A DNA stretch of 63,814 bases, filler included, from Klebsormidium nitens (lineage: Eukaryota > Plantae > Klebsormidiophyceae): NCBI GenBank assembly GCA_000708835.1. It is 5 parts of 5 records of this genome, joined end to end, with 100 filler letters (N's around TTAATTAATTAA, not from the genome) between each part and the next. Parts side by side here need not be neighbours in the genome. Positions count along the whole stretch, not along the records: positions 32,038 to 55,433 come from DF237874.1; positions 55,534 to 57,583 come from DF238759.1; positions 57,684 to 61,885 come from DF238520.1; 2 more parts are not named here. One strand, written 5' to 3'. The translations under genes and the position numbers were made by a program. This document shows, piece by piece, positions 48,168 to 61,149 of the stretch. Under the pieces are notes generated by a model. It did no database searches, had not been told where the DNA came from, and saw only the letters and a list, made by a program, of their open reading frames with translations. Within the stretch, counting starts at the first letter, position 1, and each line of letters opens with the position of its first letter.

Positions 48168-51100
48168 ATGGCTCCCCCAGCGGAGGTGCCCACCGTAGAG
48201 CTGACCGACATGGCCTCCCCTGCCAAGGCGGAGGGGGCTGGGGACTCTGCTGGCCCCCCCGGGGGCGTGGACGCCAGCTGGCGGGTGGTGGTGATTGGGG
48301 ATGCGGAGGCGAGCAGTGCGGAGGCACGGTATGCGGGCAACAAGGTGCGCACCAGCAAGTACACGCTGCTCACGTTCCTGCCGCGCAACCTGTGGGAGCA
48401 GTTCCACCGCGTCGCCTACATCTACTTCGCAATCATCATGGTGAGCACCCTGTGCTGCGGCAAGGAAGTCACGGTGGAGTGGGCATTCTCCAGAATCCCT
48501 TGCCTGGCGTGTTTGCGAGTTTCCTCATCGGAAGATCCTGGTAGGAGGAGGAGACGGCCCTGCCCCCACCCCCCAGAAGTGAGCAGTGGGCCAGGGCTTG
48601 GAGGTTACATGAGCCAGACATTGAGAACCTTAACGTTGTACTGCTTCCCCGCTCCCTAACACCCCCTCCACCTCTATGCGAATAGCTGGGGGAGCCCTGG
48701 CACGTCTTACCTGCAAAGAATGAGTGCCACATTTGCCACTCTGGCCCCCCCGCTGCCTGGAACCCAGCCTTGCCCGCCCTCTGCCTGTGGCTGCAGATCT
48801 TGAACCAGATCCCAGTGCTGGCCGTGTTTGGGCGCACCGCCAGCCTGTTCCCGCTGCTCTTCGTGCTCATTGTGACGGCCATCAAGGATGGCTACGAGGA
48901 CTGGGGACGCCGCCGCAGTGACCGCAAGGTCAACGCCGCCCCCTGCTTTCGCCTCACCCCCGGTGGGTGGGCGCCCTGTGCGTGGCGGGAGCTGCGCGTG
49001 GGGGACGTGGTGCGCCTCACGGCAGACGAGGTGGTCCCCGCGGATCTGGTACTGCTGGCGACAGCGGGGGACAGCGGGACGGCCTACACCGAGACCATGA
49101 ACCTGGACGGGGAAACCAATCTAAAGAGCCGCCACGCGCGCCTGGAGACGCAGCGCGCGGGAGAGGGCGTGGCCGGGCGCGTGGTGTGCGAGCCGCCGAA
49201 CCGCAACATCTACGAGTTCACGGCGTACCTGGACCTGGGGGCCGGGCGGGTCCCGCTGAGCGCGGGCAACATGCTGCTGCGCGGGTGCGTGCTGCGCAAC
49301 ACGGAGTGGGCGGTGGGGGTGGTCGCGTACGCGGGGCCGGACACCAAGGCCATGCTCAACAACAGCGGCGCGCAGTCCAAGCGCAGCCGCCTGGAGAAGC
49401 AGATGAACCGCGAGACGCTCGTGCTGGCCGGCATCCTGGGGGGGCTGTGCGCAGTGGGGGCCATCGGGATGGGCGTGTGGCTGAACCAGCACGACACGCG
49501 GCGGGTGCCCTGGTACGGGCGGGGGGGCGAGTACCACGGGCGCGCGGGCGAGGCGCTGCTCAACTTCTTCAGCTTGATCATTTTGCTGCAGATCCTGGTG
49601 CCCATCAGCCTGTACATCAGCCTGGAGCTGGTGCGCCTCTTCCAGGCGCTGCTGATGCAGTGCGACCTGCACCTCTACTACGCGCCCGCGGACGAGCGCC
49701 TCAAGTGCCGCGCACTCAACATCAACGAGGACCTCGGCCAGATCCGGTACGTCTTCAGCGACAAGACGGGCACGCTCACGCAGAATCGCATGGTCTTCCA
49801 CGCCGCGTCCATCGCAGGGGTCGACTACAGCCATGCCACGCGCGTCGAGGCTGCCCCCCTCGTGCCCGCCAGTGCCGCGCCCAAGGACGCCCTGGCCCCC
49901 GAGATCAAGGCAGGTGAGGGGGTGGAGAGCCGTCGGCCGATCTCATGCGCCAAACTCGTCCTCCTGGCCTCTATGTCAAGGAACCTGATGGAACTCGACG
50001 TTCGACACGTGTGCAAAGCCGCAGATTTGGGTCTCGATCATTACTCGTCCTAAAGTCCCAGGTGTCGGGACAGTCCGGTATGTCATGTCGAAGCAAGTGA
50101 CGACTCAGCGCCTTCTCTCTAACGCTGCCCCTGTTTCTCCGCATCCTGCACAGCTGTCTCCAGCCTTGGCCCCGCAACGCCCCCCCCTCCCACGGCGTGG
50201 CAGCCCGCGAGCGGCGCCATGGTGGACGCGCGCCTCCTGGCGGCCCTGGCGGACCCCCACCAGGGCCACGCCGTGCGCGACTTCCTGATCGTGCTGGCCG
50301 CCTGCAACACTGTCGTCCCCACCACCGTCAAGCGCACCCCCGAAACTCCACCCAGTGCCGGCACTCCCGCAACCCGGCAGGGGTCGTTTGCGCGGCGAGC
50401 GTTTGAGTCGCCGCAGGTGTCGAGCCTGGGGCGGGGGGGCGCGCCTGCGGTGCAGCTGGAGTACCAGGCGGAGTCGCCGGACGAGCTGGCCTTCGTGGCC
50501 GCCGCCGCAGCGTACGGGTACACGCTGCTCGAAAGGACGTCCGAGGCGATCGTCATCGATGCGCAGGGCACGCGCGAAAAGTGAGCCAGCCGGCCTTTCT
50601 TTGTAGCAACGGAGCTTGAGGGGTTCTGGCAAACCTGGCGCTTGAATTTCGTGGCAAGAAACATTCGTCGTATATTGATCCGAAGAAGGGGCTGTCTTTC
50701 AGGGCAGTGGCGAAGTGCTCTTGCTCCAATTGCAGACTTTGGAAGATTGGTCCTGTTTGACCTCAATGGTGTTCGGCAACGACGTTCGTGCTTTCTCGTA
50801 CCGCCCCCATACTCAAATTGCAAATTTGATCTGGAATAAATGACGCAAAGGAAGCTCTTTGCGCAGTCCTTATGCATGTTGGCCAGGCGCTGCTTTCTCG
50901 CTTTCTTGCTTTCTTGCGCGCATGAATCTCAACGCTGCACTTCATGCTGTTGTTCACCTGACAGGCTCGGGACTGCCTGCACGAGAGCCCGCCTTGTTTC
51001 CCACGGCCCTTCCGTGGCCCTCCCTCCGTCGCCTCTGACGCTCCCACGCGTTGCCCCTCCCCCGTGCAGGTACTCGGTGTTGGGCGTGCACGAGTTCGAC

Positions 51101-54100
51101 TCGTCGCGCAAGCGCATGTCGGTGGTGGTGCGCGCCCCAGACGGCGGCGTGCGCCTGCTGGTCAAGGGCGCCGACTCGGCGATGGTGCCGCTGCTGGGCC
51201 AGCTGTACACCAGCAAGGGGCCCGTGCACAGCCGGCGACCCTCCTGGGACGGCAAGCAGGTGCGCGCAGCGGCCAGCCGCCGCTAGAGCAAAGAGAATCT
51301 ACTTAGAGGCCTCCCTTGCTAATTGCTGCTCTTTGAGAGGAAGGTGCGGACGACATCAAGCTGCTGACATTCTCGAGTCTCTGTCGACACTTACACGCCG
51401 ACCCGGATTCCCTTAACGTGAACTTCCGTCATGCTGTCTGCGTCCCCGTGTTCTGGACAGGACCATCACAGCTGCGTCCGGAAGCCAACTTTTCGTGTTG
51501 CAGTTGCCTCTTCCTCCTTCTGGCGGCCACCGGCGGCGGTCCAGCCGCGAGGGCGACATTGCGTCGTCGTTGCTGACGGCCACGCAGGCGCACCTGGACC
51601 AGTACGCGCGTGAGGGCCTGCGCACCCTCGTGCTCGCGCACCGCGCTATGCCGCCCGAGGAAGTCGCCGCCTGGGCCGACAAGTACCGCGCCGCCGCGAC
51701 CGCCATGGTGGGGCGGGCGGCCGCGCTGGCGGCGCTGGCGGCGGAGACGGAGACGGGACTGACGCTGCTGGGGGCGACGGGCATCGAGGACAAGCTGCAG
51801 GACGGCGTCCCCGCCACGATCGCGCTACTGCGGCGCGCGGGGCTCAAGGTGTGGGTGCTCACGGGCGACAAGCAGGAGACGGCCGTCAGCATCGCCTTCA
51901 GCTGCCAGCTGCTGACGGACGAGATGACGCCGCTCGTCATCTGCGACGCCGCCTCCAAGGATGCCTGCGCTGCTGCGCTCGCCAGCGCCACCGCGCAGTA
52001 TCTCGGGGGGAGCGGTGGAGGCGTGGCCAAAGGAGCGCGGGCACGGCGGAAAAGCGGCGACGGGGGGGGCCAGTACCGGGCGGTGGAGGGAGACCGCGTG
52101 GCGCGGCTGCAGCAGTCGAGCAGCAGCAGCGGGGCAGGAGTGAGCGCCAGCGAGCGCGTGCAGCGGTGGGGCGGCGCGGGCGGGGCAACCAACGGAGAGG
52201 CGGAGGCGGCGGGGCCGAGCCCGCGACAGCTGGCGCTGGTGATTGACGGGCAGTCGCTGCAGTACGCTCTCAGCGAGGAGCTGGAAGACCAGGTGGGGCA
52301 CGCAGAGCAGCGAGAGGGCAGGGTGACCACGATGCACAGGGGGATAAGCAAGGCTGATGGCGGAGCTTGATAGGAGCCTAGGGTGTGCAAAGGACACAGG
52401 TGCCAAGCGGCGCCTCCGAAGTCAATCTTCTTATTTGGTTTTCACTAGCAAGCCAGTAAAGATCGAATGGACATGCTGTGTAGTTCCCTGCCTTTCGCTG
52501 ACGGCCCTTCTTTCTGGTGCAGCTCTTTGCCATCGCCCGCGCGTGCCGGGCGGTGGTGTGTTGTCGGGTTGCCCCGCTGCAGAAGGCGGGGGTGGTGGCG
52601 CTCATCAAAAGAAAGGCCAAAGAGATGACCCTCGCCATCGGAGACGGTGAGCACCGCGCGGCCCCGCAGTACCCAGCCGCACGAAGCAGAAACGTTGCGT
52701 CTTGGCGCTCTTTTCTCGCTCTCCCACCTCGAAACGACCCGCTCGAGCATCTCCAGGTCGACCTTTTGGGCTACTCTGCAAACACTCCTCGCCTCTCTTT
52801 GCGTGTTCTGAAAAGGAAAGGGATTGAAGACAGGGAAAGGCATCGAAAGGCTTTCGGCTCCGGTCGCTGTCCGCTGTGACGCGCCGTGCTGAGCGGGCGT
52901 GGTGGCTGTGTGTGCGTGCAGGCGCGAACGACGTGTCGATGATCCAGATGGCGGACATCGGGGTGGGCATCAGCGGGCAGGAGGGGCGGCAGGCCGTCAT
53001 GGCGTCCGACTTTGCGATCGCGCAATTCCGCTTCCTGGGGCGGCTGCTGCTGGTGCACGGCCACTGGTGCTACCAGCGGCTGGGGTACATGGTGCTGTAC
53101 AACTTCTATAAGAACGCCATCTTCGTGCTGCTCCTCTTCTGGTTCATCTTCTTCACGCAGTGGAGCAGCATCTCCGCGCTCTCCAGCTGGAACCTCGTCT
53201 TCTTCTCGCTGCTCTACACCAGCCTGCCCACCATCGCCGTCGCTTCGCTCGACCAGGACGTCAGCGCCGCCACGCTGCTGCACTACCCGCACCTCTACGC
53301 CATCGGCCAGGATGACGTCACCTACAACCGCACCATGTTCTGGGTCACCATGGCGGACACGACATGGCAGTCGCTGGTGCTCTTCTTCGCGCCCTACTTC
53401 ACGTTCGCGGCCGGCAGCCCCGCCACGCTGTGGGAGGTGGGCAACCTGTGGTGCCTGCTCGTCACGCTGACGGTCACGCTGCACCTGGCCATGGACGTGT
53501 ACCACTGGACGTACGTGCACCACGCCGTCGTCTGGCTCTCGCTGCTCATCACCGTCGTCACCATGCTCATCCTGGACGCCTTCCCCGCCTCCCAGCAGTA
53601 CTGGTGAGCCCCCGCGCCTTGCCACAGCTGACCCCTCATGGCTGCAGTCGTAGACGCACTGCCGAAGAGGTACGCGGATCGAGTACTTTCCTACAGCCAG
53701 ATGTTAGGCCGCTTTCGGCAGCAGGGGCGTCAGAGGGTTGCGCGGATACGGAGCCGGCCCGGATATTTGTTGATGGGCGACACGAGTGAAATAGTCGCGT
53801 CGAGCTCTGTGATTTTGCGAGCGAGGATGGCACGTTCGTGCCTGCACTCTTGCTTGGGGCGTAGCCTGGGCAGGGCGGGGGGGGGTGGAGCGCAGGGCGG
53901 CTGAGCGTGGTGCGTGGTGCTTGGTGCGTGCAGGGTGATGTACCACGCGTGGGGGGACGCGCGGTACTGGCTCAACGTGCTGCTGGTGCCCCTCGTGTGC
54001 GTGCTGCCGCGCTACCTCGTCAAAGTGGGCCGCCAGTGGTACTTCCCCACCGCTGTGCATGTGGCGCGAGCCAAACAGCTGGCGCACCAAGGAGGGGGGT

Positions 54101-54237
54101 TCAGCCTCGTGGGGGGGGCGACCCAGCTGGCAGGGACGCCGAGGATGCCGGGGCAGGGAAGCGGGAGTCACGAAGGACGACAAAAGGGAGAGGAGTTGAA
54201 AGATGTGGCAGAACTGCATCCAAACGGTGTACCTTGA
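48168..54237 (+). CDS. ALA1: P4-ATPase phospholipid flippase, ALA1-like, about 8 exons
   Basis: NKVRTSKYT; DGETNLK; PISLYISLE; [11 protein letters not shown]; YQAESPDE; [11 protein letters not shown]; [11 protein letters not shown]; [10 protein letters not shown]; [14 protein letters not shown]; [17 protein letters not shown]; C-terminal TM helices. Confidence 0.95.
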
Positions 54238-55533
54238 GGAAACTGCCTCCGGCCCTTTCTTGATCAAGTTTTGTAAATGAACTTCTATATGTGGGATTGC
54301 TAAGCGCTTCTTGGCGCCTACCTCCCTAGAATTGGGCTTCGCCTCGTCCGGTCAAAGCAAGAACATAATTTGGTCGAGGCTAGGGTTGACCGCACTTGTC
54401 ACTAACTATCAAACTCAAAAGTGCGGCCGCCACTGTTATAAAGTGCAGTTTGTGCATCATCATTCATGTTGCCTGGGTGTCCTTACAGAATCAATTGCAC
54501 GTGCGCGCTGGGGCATGTGCATGGCTGTCGGATGACTCCGGGACTGAGGCGCCTCAGCACTGAGATCGGATGATCAGTATAATTGAATGATAGCTTAGTC
54601 GCTCCGAATATCATCTTAAATGATCATTATGTATATGATCATTAATCTAACATACAAGAAATGATGCTTGTTACATGTGCCATGGCCTGAGTCACGTGAC
54701 CACGTCATGTAATCCACCGATCGTCTGCGAGTTGTACCATACTATAATTCTACTATTACACATGAGACCGATACTATGATCCGAGGTACGTGATACGTAC
54801 GACGCTTCGATCGATCATATGGCCGATCGCTGGTTGTACTCAAGAGTACATATATACGTGTATATTTAAATTGCGCGCGCATGATTCTAGAGCTGTCGAT
54901 AGGACTTACGACTATTGAGACTCTCGCGTTTGACTCTGCTCGGAGCGTGAAACCCCTGCCAGTTTCACTCCGATTTCAAATTTTGCCTGCGCCCAAGTTT
55001 ATGCCATTCGTTACATGACGTGTGTATGTACATGTGTATCGTGTCGGTACCTTTTTCCCCTTCAGTGAAAGATCCCCAAAGCTATGAAGTACGGGGCAGG
55101 GGTTTTTTAACGGTCGGCATGGTGCACAGTGTAACATGATACACTGCAATTGCTTCTGCGCCTCTCTGCGGTCTACATCCCTACCAAGATCGGATTGTTG
55201 CCCGCTTATTAGTGCGAATCCTAGTTCCAACAGATTGCCCGGAGGCGACAAGTAGCTAGCGGAGTCACGGTTGCTTTGACTAGCACGCCACTGGCAAGTT
55301 TAGTTGTAATCCGGTAAGCTGTTGTTAGACTAGGTTCGGTGACTAATTCAGTGTACGCACTTTGATTTGGTTAGGTAGCTAGACGTTCAAGACCCAAACA
55401 ATTCCCATGTATGCCATGGAAGCCTATGGCCCANNNNNNNNNNNNNNNNNNNNNNNNNNNNNNNNNNNNNNNNNNNNTTAATTAATTAANNNNNNNNNNN
55501 NNNNNNNNNNNNNNNNNNNNNNNNNNNNNNNNN

Positions 55534-57583
55534 GAGCGGGGCGCTCAATGTGGCGCCGTTGGCCGACAGCGATCCGGAGAGGGTGGCTGAACCGGCGTAG
55601 ATGTTTTTCCAGGCGTTCGAGGATGCTCCGACGTCGTAGGCGCCGTTGCTGCCGGGCAGGATGTCGGCAGAGACGCTCGTGGTGGAGCCGGCGCTCAGGG
55701 TCAGATTGCTCCCGACCACTAGGGAAGTGGCGTCTGTCGTCGTCGAGTATACCGCGGAGGCCCTCGCGGAAGAGGACGCTACGGGCCCGGTGAGGGAGAG
55801 GGAATTGCTGCCGATCATATGCTGCCAGAAGTGATGGAACCCGAGAGACGTGCGTTGCTGCCGTAGAAGTTGCCCCAGCGATCGTTCGAGCTTCCTACAT
55901 CCACGCTGGAGCTGTCCGGCAGGAGAGAGGAGCCGAACTTGAGGGTGGCCTTGGAGTGGACGCCGTCGTCGGAGGAGAGGAGGAGAGAGCCGGTAGGTCC
56001 GGCGGATATAGTGGCATTGGAGCCGTTCGAAGAGCGGATGGCGAGAGCCCCTCCCTTCGTCAGCCAGTAATCTCCGTTGCTGCCGATATTCCAGGTGAAG
56101 GATACTGCGTCATTCGATGTCGGGAAGTCCGACCCGCACACGAACAGACCAGCACCGTCGGCGAGGGCGTCGGTAGGGTTGGAGGTCTTGGCGAGGATGA
56201 CGTTCTTGTCGGCGATCGAGAGCGCGGTGCTGTCGATGTAATCGAGGCTGCCTACCACGTTGAGGTTGCCACGAACCACCAAGCCGCCGGAAAATTCGCC
56301 GGTGCTCGCCGTCAGGTTAGATGTCGAGATCTGATTGGAAGCTACGAGCGACGCGGCCGACACGGTGCCACTGCCGGCGTTGATGTCGTGGTCGGAGGTA
56401 TCGATTGCGGCCGACCGGATGGATCCGACGGTCAGGGAGTTGCTTCCGGCGTCGATTGGAGTTGCGAAGGAGCCGACCACGAAAGAGCCTGATACGATCT
56501 TGGTTGCCGCTAGATCCGGCACGAGGTTGGAGTCCAGGAGGCCATACNNNNNNNNNNNNNNNNNNNNGAGGGGGGCGCTCAAGGTGGCGCCGTTGGCCGA
56601 CAGCGATCCGGAAAGGGTTGCTGAACCGGCGTAGATGTTTTTCCAGGCGTTCGAGGATGCTCCGACGTCGTAGGCGCCGTTGCTGCCGGGCAGGACGTCG
56701 GCAGAGACGCTCGTGGTGGAGCCGGCGCTCAGGGTCAGGTTGCTACCGACCACTAGGGAAGTGGCGTCTGTCGTCGTTGAGTATATCGCGGAGGCCCTCG
56801 CGGAAGAGGACGCTACGGGCCCGGTGAGGGAGAGGGAATTGCTGCCGATCGAGATGCTGCCAGAAGTGATGGCACCCGAGAGACGGGCGTTGCTGCCGTA
56901 GAAGTTGCCCCAGCGATCGTTCGAGCTTCCTACATCCACGCTGGAGCTGTCCGGCAGGAGAGAGGAGCCGAACTTGAGGGTGGCCTTGGAGTGGACGCCG
57001 TCGTCGGAGGAGAGGAGGAGAGAGCCGGTAGGTCCGGCCGATATCGTGGCATTGGAGCCGTTCGACGAGCGGATGGCGAGAGCCCCTCCCTTCGTCAGCC
57101 AGTAATCTCCGTTGCTGCCGATATTCCAGGTGAAGGATACTGCGTCGTTCGATGTCGGAAAGTCCGACCCGCACACGAACAGACCAGCACCGTCGGCGAG
57201 GGCGTCGGTAGGGTTGGAGGTCTTGGCGAGGATGACGTTCTTGTCGGCGATCGAGAGCGCGGTGCTGTCGATGTAATCGAGGCTGCCTACCACGTTGAGG
57301 TTGCCACGAACCACCAAGCCGCCGGAAAATTCGCCGGTGCTCGCCGTCAGGTTAGAAGTTGAGATCTGATCGGAAGCTACGAGCGACGCGGCCGACACGG
57401 TGCCACTGCCGGCGTCGATGTCGTGGTCGGAGGTATCGATTGCGGCCGACCGGATGGATCCGACGGTCAGGGAGTTGCTTCCGGCGTCGATCGGAGTCGC
57501 GAAGGAGCCGACCACGAAAGAACCTGATACGATCTTGGTTGCCGCTAGATCCGGCACGAGGTTGGAGTCCAGGAGGCCGTACC
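55534..57583 (-). CDS. Intronless tandem-repeat protein resembling large DNA virus/phage fibre or structural proteins (two ~340-aa units, both ends open)
   Basis: Open frame across the whole contig. Motifs GGLVVRGNLNVVGSLDYIDSTALSIADKNVILA...ADGAGLFV...SFTW and LPGSNGAYDVGASSNAWKNIY resemble virion fibre repeats. S/G/A/T/N-rich. Units are near-identical at ~1035 nt offset. Confidence 0.6.
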
Positions 57584-58329
57584 NNNNNNNNNNNNNNNNN
57601 NNNNNNNNNNNNNNNNNNNNNNNNNNNTTAATTAATTAANNNNNNNNNNNNNNNNNNNNNNNNNNNNNNNNNNNNNNNNNNNNCCACAAACTTCTCCTAG
57701 AATGATGTATCATATTAGTGGTTTCCACCACTACAAGTCTACGGGTCTCTCCCGTTCCACTAGGCTCACTGGCCTACTAGGCTTACTAGCCTATTTCACA
57801 CACTACTGGGCTCACTAGCCTAGCTCACATTCACACTCAATTCTAGCCTTCGATATCCTCATCTACGGCTAACACTGACGGCCGCTCTCAACCGCCTAAC
57901 CTCCAAATCGCCTAACGGATTAACCGTCCAACCGCCGTACACGCACGCCGGCGTTCAATCGTTCAAACCCTAACTCGGGCCGAACCCTAATCACAGTAAT
58001 TCGGCTGACTATAATCACCGAATTCTAACAGGCCCTGCCATAAAGCGCGTATGTCATGCGGTCTTATATTCCAGGTCACTCATACGGCATACACAAATCA
58101 TCCATGATCCCCTTTTTAGGGTCTTTACGCGACATCCTCTGCATTGCGCAGGCTCTCTACAACGGGTATGATGGTCCCCGTGTAAGCGTTGAGAGCCTGG
58201 TACGCTTGCAGTGGCGACCTGGCATAGTCGATGTGAAACTTGCACGGCAAGAAGCACTTGCGCGCAATCTGGTCATCCTCGACGTGGTATTTGACGCGTT
58301 TCTTGGGCATGTTAAAAAATTGAGCTCAG

Positions 58330-60590
58330 CTGGTCCCATGACATTCATGCCGATCAAGTGTCAGGCACGTTCTAGTTGACAATCACCACGTCGGTCTATG
58401 GGTTTAGCACGAAGCTCTTTGGTTTGGTTAAGTTTTTCAGTCAGAGCTCCAGTGCAAGTGCGAATGACAATCGCGTCATGGTGGATCATTTACGGGGTGA
58501 TCCCTATAGCGACGGCTCCTAAAAGGCCTATAATCACAGCCTCAGCGCCGCTATCAAGTAGAAGGCTCGTCACAATTCGGCCGTTAATCAACATAGCGGG
58601 TTTAGAGCCCGAGTTGTCAATGCACGGCAAACGGTGGAACATGGCGGCCCGGTAACTATGGTAATCGTCGGGAAGGTGGCTTAGCAGCGCACCCAAATTG
58701 GGATTGTCCGGGTGATAAAGGTCGTCTGCTGAGGCTTGAAACACCCCACGCGGTGGCTTTCCTCGCTGAAACGGCAGGTTTTCAGCCTTAGGCGGTTCAG
58801 CCATCTTTGGGACACTTGGCCCGTGACTCATGCCCTGACGCATCGGCGCGTCTATTGGCAACTCTTCAAACCTAGCTGGCAGGTCCAGGCGGGGCTCAGC
58901 TGTGTTAAGATGAAGCTCGGTTGCCTCTCAAACGGCTGGTGCCAGCGCGAGCGTGGGCGCGGCCTGACTGGGCGTCTTTGACAAAATCGCGTGCGGCAAG
59001 GCCTCAGTGTGAATAAGCACTTTAAGTGCGGCTTCAAGAGGAGTTTCTACGACAGCCGGCATGGTCAAGGCACCTGGCGGCGGTCTGGCCGGCACGCTCA
59101 GGAAGTCCTTTGGCAGGAAGCTCAACGGCATGTTCGACAACGGGCCGTGGAGCTTCTCATCTTTAGTCACAGTGTCCCGAGTGATACCGGTGTAAATGGG
59201 CGCCACGCGCGCACTTGGCGCAGAAGCCCACTAGCCCGGCGGCACTGTTGGAGTCAATCGTGCAGTGACAGTACCCATTCAGGTTATGGTGGGCATCCCA
59301 CAACTCTCGAAATTGTGCCATGGTCGGTTTGGGCGCGGCCGTTTGCGCGGCGCGCGCATTCGCACCAGGTGGAGGCCGCGCTCCTTTGCCCGCCTAAAGG
59401 GCTTTGCAGACGGCAGTGTTGTGAGTGTCCTTCTTCTGGTAGAAGCACCACATCTTAGGAGCGCCCGGCTGAGCGAGCTCGGCGCGCTTTATTGGGCACT
59501 GGGCCGCATAATGATTTGGCTCCCCGCAGTGGTAGTAGGCACGGTCCAAATTGCCCTTGGGTTTTAGGGTTTTTAGGGTTTTTAGGGTTTTAGGGTCTCG
59601 TTCTTCGCAGAACGGTCCTTGACCACGACGGGCTTTTTGCAATTGGGCGCGATATGTCCAATTTCGCCGCAATTGCGACAGGCACGTAAATCCGGATTCC
59701 GCCCTCCCTGGTTCGTGGGAGCAGTATACCCGGGCTGAAAACGCATCGCGGCGCGCGCTGGGGCGCTGGCCTGCATGGTAGTCATCCATGGGGTCTGGGT
59801 CATTGCGCAAACGATTTGGATGGCAATCTGCCCTCCGGACTCAACCGTCCAATCCCCAATCTCAACGCTAGTCGCATGAAGCTGACGCTGGACTTCCTTC
59901 CCGAGCTCAGCCAGTCGAATCGCTAGGATCTTGAAGACCGACATCTCTTCCGGCCGGTCGAGCGCAATAACGAGTGATTGCACGCGCTGTACTAAACTAG
60001 CAATAGTCTCGCCGGGTCGCATTGCAAAGTTGCGAAACTCGTCCATTCGGGTCGTCAACTTGAGTGAGCTTTTCCATCATGGCCCGGAACTCCTCAGTAG
60101 GTTTGTCATAAACCTCTTCATCCACATGCGGTTTGGGTGGCTGCGGCTCTGTTGCCTCAGCCTTCTCGGCGGCCGGCAACGCGTCATCCCGAGCGTTAGC
60201 ATGGTCGTATGCATCCTTGTCGCGTACATACTAATCAATGTTAGCAGCGTTCTTAGCACGCAGCTTGTTTTTCATGCAGCGTTTGAGGTCGGCGGCTTGA
60301 TTGCGCGCACCTCCGCCCAAGAATTTCATGAGGAAATTGAATCTGTCACTGTCATCCAAGTGAGCACTCGGCTTGAGCTTGAGCTCCGATTGAAGCATGT
60401 AGTTATTCTGGCGCAAACGTAAGATTCTTGGCCCACTCGGGTCTCTGATGAAGACTCCGGTACCATGCTGCACATTGAGAATAGACATACTGTCCAAGTC
60501 GTCTAACTCAAAGCACACAACAGCGAACGATTCGCGCAATGGTGCGTATGCAGCATACTCACATTGTTTCGGTTCTAGAGGAACGTCCAC
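58330..60590 (-). mobile_element. Decayed Ty3/Gypsy-like retrotransposon, gag + aspartic protease region
   Basis: FLMKFLGGGARNQ and FAMRPGETIASLVQRV gag motifs. Zinc knuckles CRNCGEIGHIAPNC and (Y)YHCGEPNHYAAQC. Protease LLDSGAE and LIGMNVMG. Multiple stops and frameshifts; no RT seen. Confidence 0.8.
59562..59595 (+). repeat. Interstitial telomeric tract (TTTTAGGG, TTTTTAGGG x2, TTTTAGGG)
   Basis: Directly visible between the two zinc knuckles of the gag relic. Confidence 0.85.
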
Positions 60591-61149
60591 AGTCCGAGTT
60601 CAAGTTTCCAATCTCTCTCTGGTCTTGAGCGAAAATTGTAACGGTGCAACTACTAGCCAACTCAATTACAACTCGCTCTATTCTACCCTCTATCTACGGC
60701 CACGGCCGCCTCTTTTCCCCCCACGTCCGTACCACGGCCTCCGCGGTTGTGGGTGTGTGCACCTGCGCAAGGAGAGGGGGTGTCAGTCCCAATGCTAAGG
60801 ACAAGAGTTAAAACTTCTGACTCGGTTCTGGGTTACAGGGCCTTCAACGAAGTCAACCTGTAAGGCAATGAAGCAGCTTCGCAAGCACTTGTATCACCAA
60901 TCTCTCGAATACAAGACCCTCTATGAGCACCTTGCATGGGTCGGAATCAAAAAGCCTAGACGGCGCTGGCGGTGTGAGAAAGTGTCGTCGGCGGGTGGCT
61001 GAAGCTGTGGCTGAGGTAACTCAACATGGTCAGCGCAAGGGACACGGTCTTCCTCCTCAGAGGAGTACCTCAACGTTGATGTTGTCTTCGCCGAAGTCAA
61101 CGTCGTCGGGTCCGTCGTTCACTGACATCTAAAAGGGCGAGGTACGGGT

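Noticed and set aside
22289-53625. Long antisense or alternate-frame ORFs (e.g. 22289-23233, 37953-38567, 39211-40104, 49121-49834, 51413-52390, 52771-53625)
   Set aside because: Shadows of high-GC3 coding exons on the opposite strand or frame; no independent motifs.
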